A DNA stretch of 64,000 nucleotides from Takakia lepidozioides (Eukaryota > Plantae > Bryophyta), in NCBI GenBank assembly GCA_030704615.1, contig CM060734.1, positions 62,682,001-62,746,000 of the forward strand, written 5' to 3'. Below are positions 60,802 to 64,000 of the stretch, one piece after another (position 1 is the stretch's first letter; every line of letters starts with the position of its first letter). The notes below the pieces were generated by a model. The model had not been told where the DNA came from. It was given only the letters and a program-made list of their open reading frames with translations, and made no database searches. The translations under genes were made by a program, and so were the position numbers.

Positions 60802-61190
60802 AGTCAAGCCAAGGGCACCCTTGCTAAGGGAATCCACCCTACAAAGCCCTCAACACACTCCCTCTCAATACCTAGAGCTATGGAAGTGAGAGAAGCTCAT
60901 GGAGACTCAACTACAAGAAGATGAGCCTCCTCAACACTCACAAGGGGAAAACCTATCCCCATGTCCCAAGTGAGGCTCGACACCTCACTTGGCATGTGAG
61001 ACCAAATGAAGTCCCAACACACAAAATATAAATATAAATATCTAAAATGTCCTAGTTAACTAGAAGTAGATAATTCTAGATAACCATGACTAAAACCATG
61101 ACAGCTGTCGTGCACCTAAGCATCGTGCCACAACATACATTGTTGTCCACCACACAACCTAAGCACACAATCCTAGAAAGCTATACCACA
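60802..61190 (-). mobile_element. Putative 3' LTR of the PHD-integrase gypsy element
   Basis: On the minus strand a PPT-like AGGGGGGCGAT is immediately followed by TGTGGTATAG at 61190. The distal end is tentatively ...CTTGGCTTGAC(T) at ~60802. Internal hairpin CCAAGTGAGG/CCTCACTTGG at ~60966-60992. Confidence 0.55.
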
Positions 61191-61447
61191 ATCGCCCCCC
61201 TAGCTGGTGATTAGGTCCCTCTAACACCGGATAACTGACAAGTATCCATCCCAATAAGATCATCGTTTGGTCATCAATCGCCCAAGTCCCAGTATTTGAA
61301 GGCAATAGATCAAGAAGCCGGGTGCAAAAGTAGCCCCATCAATACTCGCCTTCCTGCAATCCATGGCTTCAATTGGGTGTCCATGGCATCGAACTCCCGT
61401 TAGCTAGACCTTGGATCACTTGTCAACCTCGCCACTGTCAAGCCCTA

Positions 61448-64000
61448 CTACCTCTGTCCAAGGCATCGTGGACACCACCATTCTCCACTAGGAACCTCCT
61501 CAAGTGGCGGTGTCAATCATCCCATGTGCCACCCCCTTGAGCATTTGTCACACACCAACATGGTCGCGGCACCACCAGCATGCCCACATAGCATGCAACG
61601 CAACCCTGCAGGTACCACTGCAAGGTTGGGATCTATCCTCCCATCCACATGTGTACGGTGACATGGCGCACAATTGCGCACATGGTCCTTCCATACCATG
61701 CCATCTCGACCCTCCAGAATCAACACTCCTGAAGGCAACACCTCCCGGACCCTTAGAATCACACGACCTGCTGTGACATCCAAGGTCATAGGCGTTGTCT
61801 GCTGCAGATACACATAGTCCCCAGGATGGAAACTCCGAACACCTGGCCGATATCCCCATCCACGTATAGTGGCGTACCTTAATGTGTCTCGGTGTTGGGC
61901 AATAGCAAGGTTCTCAAAAGCCATAGGCATGACTCTCTTGAACAACTCTGCCCGTTGGGCATATGCTTGTGTCCACACATCCGGATCATCAAGGTTGAGG
62001 ACTACTGCAGTCTCCTTGCAAGCAAATCTAGCTCTCGGCCAAAGAGAAGGAAATAAGGCGAGAACGAGGCAAGTGATGCTTGTTTGCTAAACCTGTAGCC
62101 CATGGCCAACCAAGCTAGCTGAAGGTCCCAATCTCCCAAGTGTCCCTTCTGCAAGCCATACTTGCGCAAGCCTCGCTTGACTGTTTGCATAACCCTCTCG
62201 GCCAAGCCACCTCGGGATGATCCCGAGAAGTAGTGCGGTGATCTATCAAGGCTTGCTCACACAAAGCCTGAAAACTCCCCAAGAACTCTCTCCCCTGGTC
62301 CATGAGTACCTCGGCTGGAGCACCAAATTGGCTAAGCACTCGATCTAAAGAATGCATACGTAGCCTCCTCACTTGCCTTGTCAGGCAATGCCACCAGTTC
62401 AATCCATTTGGAGAATTGTTCCACCATCACCGGTACATACTTGTTATGGTGAATAGTTAGTGGCAATGGGCCTGCGAAGTCAAGACTCCAACGATAGCCC
62501 AAACCCATAATGGGTAAAGGATGCAATTGTGGAGTAGGGGTGTTGAAAGAAGCCCGCACTCTATCACACACCATGCATCTTGCCACTAATTGCTGCACAT
62601 CCGTGTGCATGCCCCGCCACCAATACTGTCCTTGCAACAAACTATGAGTGCGCCGTACCCCAAAATGTCCCAACTCCTCATGGGCATAACGTACCAATCG
62701 CGCTCGTTGTTTTGGGTGGGGCACAATCCTCACTCGTCCATCCTCCCATACTCGGAGTAGGTGAGTCCCCTCCCACTTGAACCTCTTGGCTCGTTGTAGG
62801 ATCCGATCTTTCTCCTTAGCAGTCACACTGGCTATTGTCTCTCTAGTACGAAGGTAGGCCAACACTGCTGCATTTTCATGTACATCCTTAGCACCACCAA
62901 ACTCCTCACTAGTCTCTGGATTGTCATGCACGCTATCTATATGACATATCGCATGGGATGGACTAGCTTGAACTCCCATTGCTAGGATGCACAAAAAGGC
63001 AAATGCATGTCATCCTGGCACCATCTCGTCATCTGTCTCACCATGCCAACGAGCTCCTGTATCATCAAGCTCACTTGTGCATGGATTGCGACTCAATCCA
63101 TCCGCATCCCGGTTGACTATTCCGGCTCGATGCACCACTTGGAAGTCGTACTCTTGAAGCATAAGTGCCCACCGTGCAAGCTTCCCTATAAGCTTGTCTG
63201 ACTCCATCAACCACTTCAATGGTTGGTGATCCGTGACAAGGGTGAAGAGATTGCCATAGAGGTAGCATCTAAAATGTGTCATTGCCCATACTGCAGCTAG
63301 ACACTCCCCTTCATAGGAGCTATACTTTGCCTCGGCATCATTGTTCGAGCGGCTAGTATATGCCACTACAAACTCTCTTCCCTCATCATCCACCTGTGTG
63401 AGCACTGCTCCAATCCCCAGCATACTCCAATCTGTATGTAGCTGGAAAGACCGCCCCCGAATAGGCCGCCTCAGAATAGGCGCAGAAGTCAATCAAACCT
63501 TGAGTTCCTCAAAGGCTTCCTCCTGCTTCTCCTCCCACTGCCGCTCCTGACCCACCTTGGTCAACTTGGTAAGAGCCTTTGCAATGCTGCTAAATCCCTT
63601 GACAAACCGTCGATAATAGTTTGCCAACCCCATGAAAGCACGAACTCTGCTAACATCAATGGGGCGTGGAATGCGTGCAATGGCCTCCACCTTCGTCTTT
63701 TGAACACCCAATCCTCCAGGGTATATCATGTGCCCAGATACTCAATCTAATCGTGGAAGAACTTGCACTTTCTAGGGTTTAGTTTCAATCCATGCGCCCT
63801 CAAACGCTCAAACACCACCTGAAGGTGTTTCTCATGCTCCTCAACCGTGGCACTAAAGATGATGATATCATCAATGTAGCACCGAGCGAAGTCTAGCCCT
63901 GCAAGAATCATATCCATAACCCTCTGAAGGAGCATTCTTCAACCCAAACGGTAGGAACCGCCATTAGTACAAGCAATCGTTCTCATGTTGGTCAATCCCC
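61448..64000 (-). mobile_element. Decayed Ty3/gypsy pol (RT-RNase H-integrase) with a C-terminal PHD finger; extends beyond the window
   Basis: RT CYIDDIIIFS and RAFMGLANYYRRFV; RNase H TDWSMLGIGAVL...EGECLAAVWA...TDHQPL; integrase HHCC (HEELGH...CMVC) and WSLDFAGP...DQGREF...ERVMQTVK; then CMLC...CDKCSRGWHMG*LTPPLEEVPSGEWWCPRC. Several stops and frameshifts. Confidence 0.95.

Overview
Eukaryotic nuclear DNA from a land plant. The regular P-L-S PPR triplets and the TE types suggest a non-seed plant (inference). Supported genes: (1) a PLS-class PPR-DYW RNA-editing factor locus (~1514-4529,+) whose repeat array is disrupted but whose last ~382 codons (PPRs, E1/E2, DYW deaminase) are intact; (2) a spliced TANGLED1-like gene (14535-11165,-); (3) a WDR48/UAF1 (LRS1-like) WD40 gene (31042-22153,-), head-to-head with (4) an F-box/CW-zinc-finger/SNF2/RING gene (34001-41423,+; At3g54460-like), whose last three exons are duplicated at 48021-49150; and (5) a phase-consistent spliced gene with a SPOC-like domain (~44523-42562,-). 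Mobile DNA: a ~6 kb non-autonomous CACTA element (49929-55954, AAT target-site duplication) that has captured PPR gene fragments (Pack-CACTA); a decayed Ty3/gypsy element whose integrase ends in a PHD finger instead of a chromodomain (61448-64000,-); a gag fragment; an RNase H fragment; a LINE endonuclease relic; a tRNA-derived SINE; and a TA-TSD MITE. There are also several tandem repeats and a 160-nt foldback. The most notable items are the PPR-carrying Pack-CACTA, the PHD-integrase retrotransposon and the selectively intact E-DYW module. All calls are by eye without database searches, so exon boundaries and homology names are provisional.
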